DNA from: Rhodothermales bacterium
GTDB taxonomy: Bacteria; Bacteroidota; Rhodothermia; Rhodothermales; UBA10348
Length of the DNA stretch: 64,000 nt
Direction of reading: 5' to 3'
NCBI GenBank assembly: GCA_028284865.1
Contig: JANQQV010000024.1
Span: 140,218-204,217, forward strand
Part shown: positions 19,133 to 29,558 of the stretch, in pieces
How positions within the stretch are numbered: the stretch's first letter is position 1
Layout of the letters: the number at the start of each line of letters is the position of its first letter
Position numbers and translations under genes: made by a program
The notes under the pieces: model-generated
Database searches by the model: none
Told to the model about the DNA's origin: nothing
What the model saw: the letters and a program-made list of their open reading frames with translations, nothing else

Positions 19133-19950
19133 CCCTGTCCCTCATGCTGCTCGGAGGCAGCCGTTTCTTCAAGCGATTCGAAAACGTGCTGGTTGGCCCG
19201 AAGGACTTCCCGAGCCAAGCTGATGTAATTGCGCGATCCCGTGCTGGTTGCATCGTAGAGCAGAACCGGGCGACCGAAACTGGGTGCTTCCGAAAGGCGC
19301 ACGTTCCGCTGAACAATGGTGTTGAACACCTTCTCTCCGAAGTAGCGACGAACTTCGCCTGCCACCTGATTGGCCAATCGCAGACGCGTGTCGAACATGG
19401 TCAGGACCACGCCCTCGATTTCCAGTGCCGGGTTCAGATGCTGCCGAACCAGCTTGATCGTGTTGAGAAGCTGGCCGAGACCCTCCAACGCGAAGTATTC
19501 AGCCTGCACCGGAATCATGACGGCGTTTGCGGCCGTCAGGGCATTCAGTGTCAAGAGCCCGAGCGATGGCGGGCAATCGATAATGATGAAATCGTACCGG
19601 TCCCGCACTGGAGCCATGGCTCTGGCAAGCATGCGTTCCCGATCGGGAAACTCCACCATTTCAATCTCGGCGCCGACGAGATTGATGTGACTCGGAATGA
19701 GGGAGAGGAAGGGAGATTCAGTCTCGAGGATGGTTTCCTCAGCCGTTCGCGTACCAATCAGAAGCTCGTACGAGGAGCCTTCCACGCTGCGTGGATCAAT
19801 ACCCACTCCTGACGTTCCGTTCGCCTGCGGGTCAAAGTCGACCAGTAGCGTCGGGTGCTCCATGGCTGCCAACGAGGCAGCAAGGTTCACCGCAGTCGTG
19901 GTCTTGCCCACGCCTCCCTTCTGGTTGGCAACAGCGATGATTTTTCCCAT
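19129..19950 (-). CDS. parA: Chromosome partitioning ATPase ParA/Soj
   Basis: 273 aa, deviant Walker A KGGVGKTT, IIDCPPSLG. Confidence 0.93.
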   Translation of the reverse strand: MGKIIAVANQKGGVGKTTTAVNLAASLAAMEHPTLLVDFDPQANGTSGVGIDPRSVEGSSYELLIGTRTAEETILETESPFLSLIPSHINLVGAEIEMVEFPDRERMLARAMAPVRDRYDFIIIDCPPSLGLLTLNALTAANAVMIPVQAEYFALEGLGQLLNTIKLVRQHLNPALEIEGVVLTMFDTRLRLANQVAGEVRRYFGEKVFNTIVQRNVRLSEAPSFGRPVLLYDATSTGSRNYISLAREVLRANQHVFESLEETAASEQHEGQG

Positions 19951-20112
19951 ATCCGGGGGCTCAGCGGGTGTCGTACTGGATCAATTCGTCAATCTATGAA
20001 GGGCGCTCAAGCGCATCCACCAACTGGGTGCCGCATGGGGTCCGAGTTATCCACGAAATGTCCGCGATTGCGGCAGTTGGGATCGTTCAACTTCCCAGCG
20101 TGTAGGCGCATC

Positions 20113-22206
20113 ATGGCACGTCGTATCCTCATCACACCCGAACAGTTTCCGACCGGGGACCCGCACGGACTGGATTTCAAGGGTGAGCTGAACGAGCGGC
20201 AATACGAGGCGGCCACGTGGGGTGCAGGAGCCGTTCTGGTCGTCGCTGGAGCAGGTACAGGAAAAACACGGACGTTGGTCCACCGTGTGGCCTGGTTGGT
20301 GGGTAATGGCGTTCCGCCTGAACAGATTGTCCTGCTCACGTTTACGCGACGTGCTGCCCAGCAAATGCTTTCCCGCGCCTCGGTCCTCCTTGATGGACGC
20401 TGTGCGCAGGTTCGCGGCGGTACGTTCCATGCGTTCTGTTTGACCCTGCTGAAGCAATACGCCGGAAAACTAGGATACCCTTCCGGATTTACGGTTCTGG
20501 ATGCATTGGACGCCGCCGATGTGATAGATCTCCTTCGCGGACCCGTCGCGGCGATGTTCAAGGACAAGCGCTTTCCCAAAAAGCGTACGATCGCATCCCT
20601 GTTTTCGTCGGTTCGCAATACAGGTCGATCGATCCCTGAAGTGCTGGAAGCCTCGTATGCTCACTTTCTGGAGTTTGCGGATGCGCTGGAAGGGCTGTTC
20701 GAGCAATACGTCCAGTACAAGAAAGAACAAGGCTTGATGGACTACGATGACTTGCTCATCCTGACCCTCAAGTTGTTTCAGCAGGAGCCGGCCATTCGAC
20801 AAGAGGTAGCCGGCCGCTGCAAGTATGTCTTGGTCGATGAGTATCAGGACACCAACCGGGCGCAAGCACTGCTGGTAAACGCCCTGTCCAGCGTGCATGG
20901 CAATGTGATGGTAGTCGGTGACGATGCACAGAGCATCTATCGATTCCGGGGAGCGGATATGGGCAATATTCTGCGGTTTCCCGACGAGTATGCCGGCGCA
21001 TCGGTCATCAAGCTGGAGCACAACTATCGGTCGACGCAGTCCATCCTGGATCTGGCCAACGAGGTGTTGAACAAAGCCACGCGCAAGTTCGACAAGCGCC
21101 TGTTCACGGAACGTGGTGCCGGTGACCTACCAGGAATCGTACCCGCGCCCGATGACCGATTCGAGAGCCGATTCGTTTCGCAAATGATTCTGGCTCTGCG
21201 TGAACAGGGAGAGCCTCTGAATCGGATGGCGGTGCTTTTTCGAAGTGGCCACAATTCGTATGACCTGGAAGTGGAGCTCAATAGAAAGGGTATCCCATTC
21301 GTCAAGTACGGCGGATTGAAGCTGAGCGAGGCGGCCCATATCAAGGATGTGGTCGCGCACCTCAAAGTGTTGGAGAACCCCCGTGATGTCGTAGCCTGGA
21401 ATCGCGTGTTGCAGCTACTGGAGGGGGTCGGGCCCAAAACGGCCGGGCGCATCATCACGTGGCTGCAGGCCGAGCAGACGCCTGATTATTCGATGGATGG
21501 AGGACCGTTCTCATCAGCCTATCGCGCTTCGCTGAAGAACCTGTTCTCCACGCTGCACGTGGCGAAGCATTCGGCAAAGACACTCGGGGAGCAGCTCGAA
21601 CACATCACGCAGTACTATGCCCCGATCCTTCGGCGCGTGCACTCTGAAGATTATCCCAAACGGGAGACCGACCTGGAGCACCTTGCGGTAGTAGCCTCGC
21701 GGTTCGCGGATCGGGCTTCGCTCCTCGATTCTCTGGCACTCGATCCCATCGATTTGACGGCCGTCGACGTGGAAGAGGAGGAAAAGGATGAACCACCTTT
21801 GGTCCTGTCCACCATCCATTCCGCAAAGGGGCTGGAATTCAAGACCGTGTTTGTCATCCAGGCGCTGGATGGCGTGTTGCCTTCTTCCTATTCCGTCGGC
21901 GATACCGAGGTGCTTGAAGAGGAGCTGCGTTTGCTCTACGTGGCCATCACCAGGGCAGAGGACCAGCTGTTCCTGTCGTATCCCATGGTGCAGTTTCGGC
22001 GCTACGAGGGGCAGTATTTCACCAAGCCCAGCCGATTCCTGGAGGGCATTCCCGAGCATGTACTGGAGCCCTGTACGCTTGTGGAGGCCCCTGCAAACGC
22101 AGAAATCGCCGCATCTGCGGGCCAGCCCCCACCACAACTTCCGCCCGGGCCCTCGAACCAACCTCAGGATCGGGCGTCGGAGGGATTGGACGACCTCCCT
22201 TTCTGA
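20113..22206 (+). CDS. UvrD/Rep/PcrA-family ATP-dependent DNA helicase
   Basis: Walker A AGAGTGKT, DEYQDTN (motif II), VGDDAQSIYRFRGA, YRS, TIHSAKGLEF, YVAITRA. Start set at ATG 20113 (MARRILITPEQ) because the upstream ORF part overlaps parA and is not helicase-like. Confidence 0.88.
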   Translation: MARRILITPEQFPTGDPHGLDFKGELNERQYEAATWGAGAVLVVAGAGTGKTRTLVHRVAWLVGNGVPPEQIVLLTFTRRAAQQMLSRASVLLDGRCAQVRGGTFHAFCLTLLKQYAGKLGYPSGFTVLDALDAADVIDLLRGPVAAMFKDKRFPKKRTIASLFSSVRNTGRSIPEVLEASYAHFLEFADALEGLFEQYVQYKKEQGLMDYDDLLILTLKLFQQEPAIRQEVAGRCKYVLVDEYQDTNRAQALLVNALSSVHGNVMVVGDDAQSIYRFRGADMGNILRFPDEYAGASVIKLEHNYRSTQSILDLANEVLNKATRKFDKRLFTERGAGDLPGIVPAPDDRFESRFVSQMILALREQGEPLNRMAVLFRSGHNSYDLEVELNRKGIPFVKYGGLKLSEAAHIKDVVAHLKVLENPRDVVAWNRVLQLLEGVGPKTAGRIITWLQAEQTPDYSMDGGPFSSAYRASLKNLFSTLHVAKHSAKTLGEQLEHITQYYAPILRRVHSEDYPKRETDLEHLAVVASRFADRASLLDSLALDPIDLTAVDVEEEEKDEPPLVLSTIHSAKGLEFKTVFVIQALDGVLPSSYSVGDTEVLEEELRLLYVAITRAEDQLFLSYPMVQFRRYEGQYFTKPSRFLEGIPEHVLEPCTLVEAPANAEIAASAGQPPPQLPPGPSNQPQDRASEGLDDLPF

Positions 22207-22211
22207 CCCTC

Positions 22212-22706
22212 ATGGAACGCTTCGACTACACGCCTCCGCGCACTTTGCCGGTCCCCGAGATTCCGGGACTCGTCATTTGCGAGATCGGTCTGGGCGACAT
22301 CGCGGATATCCGCGACATGAATCGGGAGATCTTCAAGGAAGAACGGATCATCAACACCTTTGACAGGGAAGAGCTGTTGATCCTGGAGGCGCGCCTGAAC
22401 GCTGTCCCCGTTGGCTTCAAAATTGGCTACCGGGAGAACCGACATACCTTTTACAGCGCCAAGGGTGGGGTCATGCCCGATCATCGTCGCAAGGGGATTG
22501 CGGTGGCGTTGATGATCGAAATGATGGATATCGTGAGGCAGCGTGGCTACCGCCGATTCGCGTTTGATACGTTTCCCAACCTTCACCCGGGAATGACCAT
22601 CCTCGCGCTCGAGCAGGGCTTTCAGTTGATCAAGTCCGATTTCAATAGCGCCTACCGCGAGTATCGGTTGCGATTCGAAAAGCAACTTAACATCCCGGGC
22701 GCCTGA
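22212..22706 (+). CDS. GNAT family N-acetyltransferase
   Basis: 164 aa with an acetyl-CoA-binding-type motif HRRKGIAVALM. 5 nt after the helicase stop. Confidence 0.75.
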   Translation: MERFDYTPPRTLPVPEIPGLVICEIGLGDIADIRDMNREIFKEERIINTFDREELLILEARLNAVPVGFKIGYRENRHTFYSAKGGVMPDHRRKGIAVALMIEMMDIVRQRGYRRFAFDTFPNLHPGMTILALEQGFQLIKSDFNSAYREYRLRFEKQLNIPGA

Positions 22707-22712
22707 GATCGC

Positions 22713-22871
22713 CTAGAACAGGGCGTAGATGAACGGTGCCAGTGCGGATCCTTGCGCGAGGACGATGACCAGGCTCAGCAGCAGAAGGATCACCAGGATC
22801 GGGGCCAGCCAGAATTTCTTCCGGACCTTCAGAAACTGCCAGAATTCGGCGATGACGCTGAGCTTACCCAT
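22713..22871 (-). CDS. Small membrane protein, 52 aa (DUF5989-like), absent from the ORF track
   Basis: Hand translation: MGKLSVIAEFWQFLKVRKKFWLAPILVILLLLSLVIVLAQGSALAPFIYALF. ATG at 22871, TAG at 22713-22715. The amphipathic N-terminus, RKKFW, TM helix and APFIYxLF tail match a widespread small-protein family as I recall it. Confidence 0.6.
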   Translation of the reverse strand: MGKLSVIAEFWQFLKVRKKFWLAPILVILLLLSLVIVLAQGSALAPFIYALF

Positions 22872-23032
22872 GGTCTCGTGTGGTGAGGAGTTTGATAGCC
22901 GACCTATCCGGACGTGCAGGCCTTTGTTCCAGACTTTGGAGACTTGCTGAAGATGTCCGGCAGTATCCTGATTCCTGCAACACCGACTTTGATCTCACGT
23001 AGGTCAACGGGCTGAAACCAACTCCCTACGCC

Positions 23033-24271
23033 GTGCGCCGCTTCCTTTTTGAATTCGTAGAGTCCATCCTGATTGCTGTCAGGGCGGTCTGGTCCAACAA
23101 GATGCGTGCGGTATTGACCACGCTCGGGATCATCATCGGCATCGTATCCGTGACGGGTATGGCCACCGTCACAAACGGTATCGAGCAAGGATTCGAAAAT
23201 GATATCGCCTCCTTGGGGACGGACGTGGTCTACATCGAGAAATGGCCGTGGGTTGGCGGACCAGGTTTCAAGTGGTGGGAGTACATCAACCGCCCAAACA
23301 TCACCGAGGAGCTTGCTGCTGATCTGAACGAGCGTTCCCGGATGGTAGAGGCTGCAACGGCCGTAGTCAGCACTTCGCGTTCCCTCAAGACGGAGCATGA
23401 GTCGATCTCATCGACACGCATCATGGGCGTTCAGTCCAATTACCCTGATGTTCAGGTGGTCGATTTGGCTGAGGGCTACTTCATTTCCCCGTTCGACGAC
23501 CAGGGCGCGCGGAATGTCGCGATCATTGGAGCCAGCGTTGCTGACGAACTGTTTCCCTTTGGAAATCCGATCGGAAAGGAGCTGAAAATTGCCGGCAATG
23601 CGTTTCGGGTCATCGCCATCATGACACGCCAAGGTCAGGGTGCAGAGGGAAGCGCATCTGAAGACTGGGCGGTCCAGATTCCCTACAACACTTTCAAGAA
23701 ATACTTCGGCACACGCTGGCGGGATGTCAGCGTCCGTGCGAAGATCATTGACGGCGTCGCACTCGATGTTGCCAAAGATGAAATTCGGGGTGTCGCACGC
23801 CTTTCCAGAGGACTGACCGTCCAGGAAGAAGACAATTTCGAAATCAACGAGCAGGAAACGCTCCGCGCATCGATCGAGCCCATCAAAAATGCCATTTTCG
23901 GCATCGGAATCGGTCTTACCGCGTTGGCGCTGCTGGTCGGGGGGATCGGGGTCATGAACATCATGTTTGTGACCGTCCGTGAACGCACCCGCGAGATCGG
24001 CGTCCGCAAAGCTGTGGGTGCCCGCAGGATCAGCATCCTGATGCAGTTCCTGGTTGAAGCCGTGGTCATCTGTATGGTCGGTGGCTTGATCGGAGTGGGG
24101 CTCGCATTCCCGCTTTCGATGCTGATTGGCATGGTATTGCCCGCCAGCCTGGATTTGGGCACCGTTGCCATCGCATTCATCATCTGTGTCGCCATCGGCA
24201 CCATTTTCGGGCTGGCACCCGCATGGTCGGCTGCCAAAGCACCTCCAATCGAAGCTCTCAGGTACGAATAG
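23033..24271 (+). CDS. ABC transporter permease, MacB/FtsX-like
   Basis: 412 aa. N-terminal TM, large periplasmic domain, C-terminal FtsX 3-TM bundle with TERTREIGVRKAVGA motif. Confidence 0.85.
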   Translation: MRRFLFEFVESILIAVRAVWSNKMRAVLTTLGIIIGIVSVTGMATVTNGIEQGFENDIASLGTDVVYIEKWPWVGGPGFKWWEYINRPNITEELAADLNERSRMVEAATAVVSTSRSLKTEHESISSTRIMGVQSNYPDVQVVDLAEGYFISPFDDQGARNVAIIGASVADELFPFGNPIGKELKIAGNAFRVIAIMTRQGQGAEGSASEDWAVQIPYNTFKKYFGTRWRDVSVRAKIIDGVALDVAKDEIRGVARLSRGLTVQEEDNFEINEQETLRASIEPIKNAIFGIGIGLTALALLVGGIGVMNIMFVTVRERTREIGVRKAVGARRISILMQFLVEAVVICMVGGLIGVGLAFPLSMLIGMVLPASLDLGTVAIAFIICVAIGTIFGLAPAWSAAKAPPIEALRYE

Positions 24272-24272
24272 A

Positions 24273-25502
24273 ATGGGCATTTTCGAAGCCGCCCGCATGT
24301 CCATCGAGGCTTTGCGGGGTCACAAGGTCCGATCAGCACTGACCCTTCTTGGGATGGTGATTGGCGTATTTGCCATCATCGTTTCGGTCACGGCTGTTCA
24401 GGTCATCGACGTCTACTTCAAGGACCGGCTCCAATTCCTGGGGTCATCCACGTTTTCGATTTCGAGGACTCCGATGATCCAGACGGGCAGTCTGGACCGA
24501 AGCGTTCGAAACCGTCCGAACATCACGTTCGAGCAGGTGGAGCGATTGGCGGACGCCATGACGCTGCCGGTCACCGTGAGCGTCCTGGAAGACTTTACCA
24601 TGACGAAAGTGGTCTACGCGGATCGGGAGACCGAGCCCAACATGTTCGTGATGGGCGTTGACGAAAACATGCTCGGCAACTACTCCTACGAGCTGGACTA
24701 TGGCCGCTTCTTTACGCAGGAAGACGTTCAATATGCCCGCCCTGTGTGCGTGCTGGGTACGGATGTGTCCGACGAGCTATTTGCTACAGAGAATCCCATT
24801 GGAAAGCTGGTGCGCGCCGGCGGAATGCGGTGTGAGGTGATCGGTGTCCTGAAGAGCAAAGGGGGCTTCCTCGGCATTTCGCAGGACAACCGCATTTACA
24901 TCCCGGTCACACGAGGCTTCACCGTGTTCGGCGGGGCGACGCGAAATATTGCCAACATTTCGGTCCGCGTGGCCGATGCGGTGCTGATCAATGCAGCCAA
25001 GGAAGAGGCGACCGGCAAGATGCGAGTCATTCGCAAGGTGCAGCCGGGTGAGGACAACAACTTCGAGGTCTCGACCAATGACTCGATGCAGGCCATTTTC
25101 GAGGCCTTCACTGGTACACTCACGGCCGGAGGAGCGGGCATTGGTCTGATCTCCTTGCTGGCTGCAGGTATCGGGATCATGAACATCATGCTTGTCTCGG
25201 TAACGGAGCGCACGCGTGAAATCGGGATTCGGAAGAGCATCGGGGCGAGGCGGAAAGACATCATGCGCCAATTCCTGCTCGAGGCGTTCTTCCTTTGTCA
25301 GATTGGAGGCCTGATCGGCATTGGGCTGGGTGCACTGGTTGGCAATGGGGTTGCCATTTACTTCGACATATCGGCGACTTTCCCGACCAACTGGGCGATT
25401 GGCGCCGTCGTCATGGTGACCGGAATCGCCCTCCTTTTCGGTGGATACCCGGCCTACAAAGCGGCTCGTCTGAACCCAATCGACTCGCTGCGATTCGAGT
25501 AG
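24273..25502 (+). CDS. ABC transporter permease, MacB/FtsX-like (paralog)
   Basis: 409 aa from ATG 24273 (MGIFEAARMSIEALRGHKVRS), same architecture, TERTREIGIRKSIGA. Starts 2 nt after the previous stop. No ATPase gene adjacent. Confidence 0.85.
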   Translation: MGIFEAARMSIEALRGHKVRSALTLLGMVIGVFAIIVSVTAVQVIDVYFKDRLQFLGSSTFSISRTPMIQTGSLDRSVRNRPNITFEQVERLADAMTLPVTVSVLEDFTMTKVVYADRETEPNMFVMGVDENMLGNYSYELDYGRFFTQEDVQYARPVCVLGTDVSDELFATENPIGKLVRAGGMRCEVIGVLKSKGGFLGISQDNRIYIPVTRGFTVFGGATRNIANISVRVADAVLINAAKEEATGKMRVIRKVQPGEDNNFEVSTNDSMQAIFEAFTGTLTAGGAGIGLISLLAAGIGIMNIMLVSVTERTREIGIRKSIGARRKDIMRQFLLEAFFLCQIGGLIGIGLGALVGNGVAIYFDISATFPTNWAIGAVVMVTGIALLFGGYPAYKAARLNPIDSLRFE

Positions 25503-25593
25503 CCAGGTCGTGGATCGATGTTCGCCATCGAGGATGCCGCGTCTTAGATTGCAGCACCGTTGAAGTGCATCCCGTCGTTCAATTCCAGTCACG

Positions 25594-26298
25594 ATGTCTG
25601 ACCTGCAAGCAGCCGCCAAAAAAGCCGTCGGCGAACACGTTGCATCCATGATCTCCTCGGGGATGACCCTCGGGATCGGTACCGGATCGACGGCCGCCAA
25701 GGCTGTTGAAGCACTTGGCCGACGTATCCAGCAGGAAGGGTTGCAGGTCCAGGGTGTCGCCACCTCGTTTGCGGCCGAGCGCTTGGCGCGCCAGCATGGA
25801 GTCTCCTTGACCACGTTGGATGAATCTCCGGATCTGGATCTGGCATTCGATGGAGCCGACGAGGTCGATCCGTACTTCACGCTGATCAAAGGACGCGGAG
25901 CCGCCCAGACAAGGGAAAAGATCGTGGCGGCGCGGGCAAAGCAATTCGTTGTCTTGGTTGATGAGAGCAAGATGGTCGATGAGCTAGGCCATCGGATGCC
26001 GCTTCCCGTCGAAGTCGTGCCCATGGCCGTCACGCCGGTCATGCACGTGTTGCGCTCCCTGGGCGCGGCTCCCGAAATACGAATGGGGATGAAGAAGGAT
26101 GGCCCGGTCGTCTCTGACCAGGGAATGTGGGTCGTGGATGCCATGTTTGACGGCATCACGAATCCTGATCACGTGAACGATGTGCTGCTGAAGACGCCCG
26201 GTGTGGTGGACCACGGCTTGTTCATTGGCATGGCCACACAGGTGTTGGTGGGCGGTGCCGACGGGGGGGTCCAGGTGCTGGATAAGCCCCGGGTTTGA
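25594..26298 (+). CDS. rpiA: Ribose-5-phosphate isomerase A
   Basis: 234 aa, GIGTGSTA, DGADEVD, KGRGAA motifs. Confidence 0.9.
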   Translation: MSDLQAAAKKAVGEHVASMISSGMTLGIGTGSTAAKAVEALGRRIQQEGLQVQGVATSFAAERLARQHGVSLTTLDESPDLDLAFDGADEVDPYFTLIKGRGAAQTREKIVAARAKQFVVLVDESKMVDELGHRMPLPVEVVPMAVTPVMHVLRSLGAAPEIRMGMKKDGPVVSDQGMWVVDAMFDGITNPDHVNDVLLKTPGVVDHGLFIGMATQVLVGGADGGVQVLDKPRV

Positions 26299-26377
26299 CC
26301 GGCCTGCAAAGGCCCGACCGACTCGAAACGAGACTGTCTCGCTTGTCGTCTCCGTTCACCGAGCCGCGAAGCCGCCG

Positions 26378-27739
26378 TCAGAACAACAGGCTCATCATGT
26401 GTTCGAGTGACTTCAGTCCCACGCACTCGAGTCCTTTCGGCGTGTTCTTGCGATCCAGCCCCTTCTCCGGGACATAGGCTTGGTTGAAGCCAAGCCGGGA
26501 CGTCTCCACCAAACGTGATTCGAGTTGCGAGACGGCTCGTACTTCGCCGCCGAGCCCGACTTCGCCCGTGATCATGGCCATGGATGGCAACGGAATGTCC
26601 CGCCATGAGGAAGCGACGGCCGCCGCAATAGCCAGATCGGCAGCTGGTTCGGTCAGTCGCAATCCGCCTGTGACGTTGACGAAGACATCGCACGTTGAAA
26701 GCGGCATGCCCGCTCGTTTCTCCAACACGGCCAGCAGCATCTGCAATCGTCGCCCGTCGAATCCGCTTGCGGTCCGCTGAGGATTCGAGTAAGAGGTGGG
26801 CGTCACCAATGCCTGGATTTCGGCCAACATCGGACGCGACCCTTCCAGCGAGCAGACCACCGCTGATCCCGGGGACAGTAGGTTGCGATCCGAGAGGAAA
26901 AGCTCAGACGGGTTCTCCACTGGAGTCAACCCGCGAGACTCCATCTCAAAGACGCCAATCTCGTTCGTGGAGCCGAAGCGGTTCTTGACCGCTCGAAGGA
27001 TGCGGAACACGTGGTGTCGATCTCCCTCGAGGTACAAGACCGTATCCACCATGTGTTCTAGCACGCGCGGACCGGCAATCGTTCCGGACTTCGTCACATG
27101 TCCAACGATGAACGTCGCTGTCCCAGAAGCCTTGGCCATCTGGATCAACGCTGCTGCGCTTTCGCGCACCTGGGTTACAGATCCGGGCGCACTGGTCAGA
27201 TCCGATCGGAAAATGGTCTGGATGGAGTCTACCACCAGAACGGAAGGCTCTTCCTCCTGGACACAACGGATAATGGATTCCACATCAGTTTCCGCCAACA
27301 GCAGGAAGTCATCGGAAGTGATGCCCATTCGTTCGGCGCGCATCTTGACCTGCGAGGGAGATTCTTCCCCGGTCACATAGAGCAGCTTTTCCGACTCCAA
27401 CAGCGAGGCCAATTCAGTCATCAACGTCGATTTTCCGATCCCCGGATCTCCAGCGATCAGGACCACCGACCCCTCCACGATACCGCCGCCGAGTACGCGG
27501 TCCAGTTCGGCATTCCCGGTGTCAATCCGCGATTCCGCCCCGCTCTTGACCTCGGAAAGTCGCATGGGCTTGGGGGAAAGTCCATTGCTTCCTCGAATGA
27601 TCCCGGGCTTGTGCGTGGTCGATGCGGTCCGCTCTTCGACGAGGGAATTCCAGGCACCGCACGCAGGGCACTGTCCGAGCCACTTGGGCGACTCGTTTCC
27701 GCAGTCCTGACAGAAGAAAATGGATTTCGTTTTGGCCAT
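26378..27739 (-). CDS. radA: DNA repair protein RadA/Sms
   Basis: Start at ATG 27739 (MAKTKSIFFCQDCGNESPKWLGQCPACGAW zinc ribbon), Walker A GDPGIGKST, KNRFG motif, Lon-like C-terminal domain. Confidence 0.92.
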   Translation of the reverse strand: MAKTKSIFFCQDCGNESPKWLGQCPACGAWNSLVEERTASTTHKPGIIRGSNGLSPKPMRLSEVKSGAESRIDTGNAELDRVLGGGIVEGSVVLIAGDPGIGKSTLMTELASLLESEKLLYVTGEESPSQVKMRAERMGITSDDFLLLAETDVESIIRCVQEEEPSVLVVDSIQTIFRSDLTSAPGSVTQVRESAAALIQMAKASGTATFIVGHVTKSGTIAGPRVLEHMVDTVLYLEGDRHHVFRILRAVKNRFGSTNEIGVFEMESRGLTPVENPSELFLSDRNLLSPGSAVVCSLEGSRPMLAEIQALVTPTSYSNPQRTASGFDGRRLQMLLAVLEKRAGMPLSTCDVFVNVTGGLRLTEPAADLAIAAAVASSWRDIPLPSMAMITGEVGLGGEVRAVSQLESRLVETSRLGFNQAYVPEKGLDRKNTPKGLECVGLKSLEHMMSLLF

Positions 27740-27978
27740 GGTTCGAATATAGGTCGGAGGGGTGACAGCCTCCTGACACGTCCAGCAAGTCCGTATACCT
27801 TTGTGACGGTCCCTGGCCCCTCGGACGTGTGACGAATCCATGCAGACCGACACGAATAGCCTGACGATCCGTACTTTCGGAGGCCTGCATCTGCTTCCTG
27901 GTTCGATGAAGCAGGGTGCTGTGAGGCGAACCGACTGCCCGCAAGCCGCAATCAGGCTCGACACAAACCCATCTGTCC

Positions 27979-28743
27979 GTGGTCAAACTGACCCTCGACA
28001 TCGTCACCAATCCCCTTGCTGCGTTCGGGCGCTACAGCCGACTGCTGTTTCACGCGTTCGGCGCCATGCCGGAGCTGTCCACCTATCGCAAGAATCTGTG
28101 GGAGCAGATGGTTCGAATCGGCGTGGATTCGCTTCCGATCGTCATGTTGGCTGCCGGGTTTTCCGGGGCCGTGACAACCGTTCAGACATCCTATCAGCTG
28201 GTGACCCCGCTCATCCCGCGCAGCATCATCGGAGCCATCGTGGTGCCTTCCATGATCCTGGAACTGGGAGCCGTGGTGACGGGCTTCATTCTGGCTGGCC
28301 GGGTGGGTGCGCGAATTGCCGCGGAACTCGGAACGATGCGTGTCACGGAGCAGATCGACGCCCTCGAGAGCATGGGCCTGAATTCGATCGGGTACCTGAT
28401 CGTGCCCCGTGTATTGGCAGGAATCGTGATGTTTCCGGTGCTGTACGTTGCAGCTTGCTTTGTGGGCATCGGAGGCGGCATCCTGATCGGTGATCTTGGA
28501 GGATTTGTGCCCGCTGAAGAATTTGTGGACGGTGCCCGTGAGTTCTTCCAACCCTTCGACCCCATTTTCGGCATCATCAAGTCGCTGGTGTTCGGCTTCC
28601 TGATAACGTCCATCTCCTGTTTCAAGGGCTACTATACCCGAGGAGGGGCTGAAGGAGTGGGTCGGGCGACGACCCAGGCTGCCGTAGCCAGTTGTGTATT
28701 CCTCTTGTTGGCCGACCTTGTGCTTGCTGCTACCTTGCTATGA
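27979..28743 (+). CDS. mlaE: MlaE-family ABC transporter permease
   Basis: 254 aa polytopic protein with RVGARIAAELGTMRVTEQIDAL, characteristic of MlaE/TTG2B. Confidence 0.85.
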   Translation: MVKLTLDIVTNPLAAFGRYSRLLFHAFGAMPELSTYRKNLWEQMVRIGVDSLPIVMLAAGFSGAVTTVQTSYQLVTPLIPRSIIGAIVVPSMILELGAVVTGFILAGRVGARIAAELGTMRVTEQIDALESMGLNSIGYLIVPRVLAGIVMFPVLYVAACFVGIGGGILIGDLGGFVPAEEFVDGAREFFQPFDPIFGIIKSLVFGFLITSISCFKGYYTRGGAEGVGRATTQAAVASCVFLLLADLVLAATLL

Positions 28744-28789
28744 TCCTGCGGCTATCATGCTGCACTACTGACTTCACGACCGCTCATTC

Positions 28790-29533
28790 ATGATCAGCGT
28801 CTCAAACATCAACAAGAGTTTCGGCGAGAAACACGTGCTGAAGGATGTCTCCTTGGACATTCCTGAGGGAGAAACGATTGCCATCATTGGTCGGTCAGGA
28901 TCAGGCAAGAGCGTGTTGATGAAGCATCTGATCGGGTTGCTGAAACCTGACTCGGGCACGGTCGCGGTCGACGGAATCGATATCAATGCGATCTCTTATT
29001 CCGAGCTGCGACGGGTTCGCCGGAATTTCGGTGTCCTGTTCCAGGGTGGAGCGCTCTTTGACTCGATGAATTCATTCGAGAACGTGGCCTTCCCCTTGAG
29101 GACGTTCACCCAGATGGGCGAAGACGAAATCAACGAAGTCGTCAAGGAATGTCTGGCCATGGTCGAACTGGATGACGTCGGGCCGAAGCTTCCTTCTGAA
29201 CTTTCCGGAGGTATGCAGAAGCGTGTCGCCCTGGCGCGGGCCGTGGCGCTCCAACCTCGCTACATCATTTATGATGAGCCTACATCCGGCCTCGATCCGG
29301 AAACATCCAATACTATTGACGACCTGATTCGCAACCTGGCCGATCGACTGAACGTGACCAGTATCGTCGTCACCCACGACATGCACTCTGTGCTGAATAT
29401 CGCCGACCGTGCGGCTTTCATTTACGAAGGCCGTATGCACTGGACGGGAACGATCGACGAACTGCACCGCAGCGACGATCAGATCCTCAAGGCTTTTGTG
29501 ACCGCCAACGAGTACAAAATCGGTCTCTCCTGA
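28790..29533 (+). CDS. mlaF: MlaF-family ABC transporter ATP-binding protein
   Basis: Walker A GRSGSGKS, signature LSGGMQKRVALARA, Walker B IIYDEPTSGLD. Confidence 0.88.
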   Translation: MISVSNINKSFGEKHVLKDVSLDIPEGETIAIIGRSGSGKSVLMKHLIGLLKPDSGTVAVDGIDINAISYSELRRVRRNFGVLFQGGALFDSMNSFENVAFPLRTFTQMGEDEINEVVKECLAMVELDDVGPKLPSELSGGMQKRVALARAVALQPRYIIYDEPTSGLDPETSNTIDDLIRNLADRLNVTSIVVTHDMHSVLNIADRAAFIYEGRMHWTGTIDELHRSDDQILKAFVTANEYKIGLS

Positions 29534-29558
29534 CCATCACCAACCCACTGACAGCGAC

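Noticed and set aside
20047-20055. DnaA box-like TTATCCACG in the parA/helicase intergenic region as a hint of oriC
   Set aside because: It is a single near-consensus box. There is no cluster of boxes, no AT-rich unwinding element and no dnaA/dnaN nearby.
24777-26159. 460-aa minus-strand ORF spanning the second MacB-like permease and rpiA. Similar long antisense ORFs: 771..1742, 18946..19812, 23408..24304, 29646..30389, 32605..33519, 34292..35089, 37444..38274, 41674..42285, 44693..45346
   Set aside because: All lie opposite genes with unambiguous catalytic motifs. They have Arg/Pro/Gly/Ser-skewed composition typical of antisense frames in GC-rich DNA, and some span two unrelated genes.
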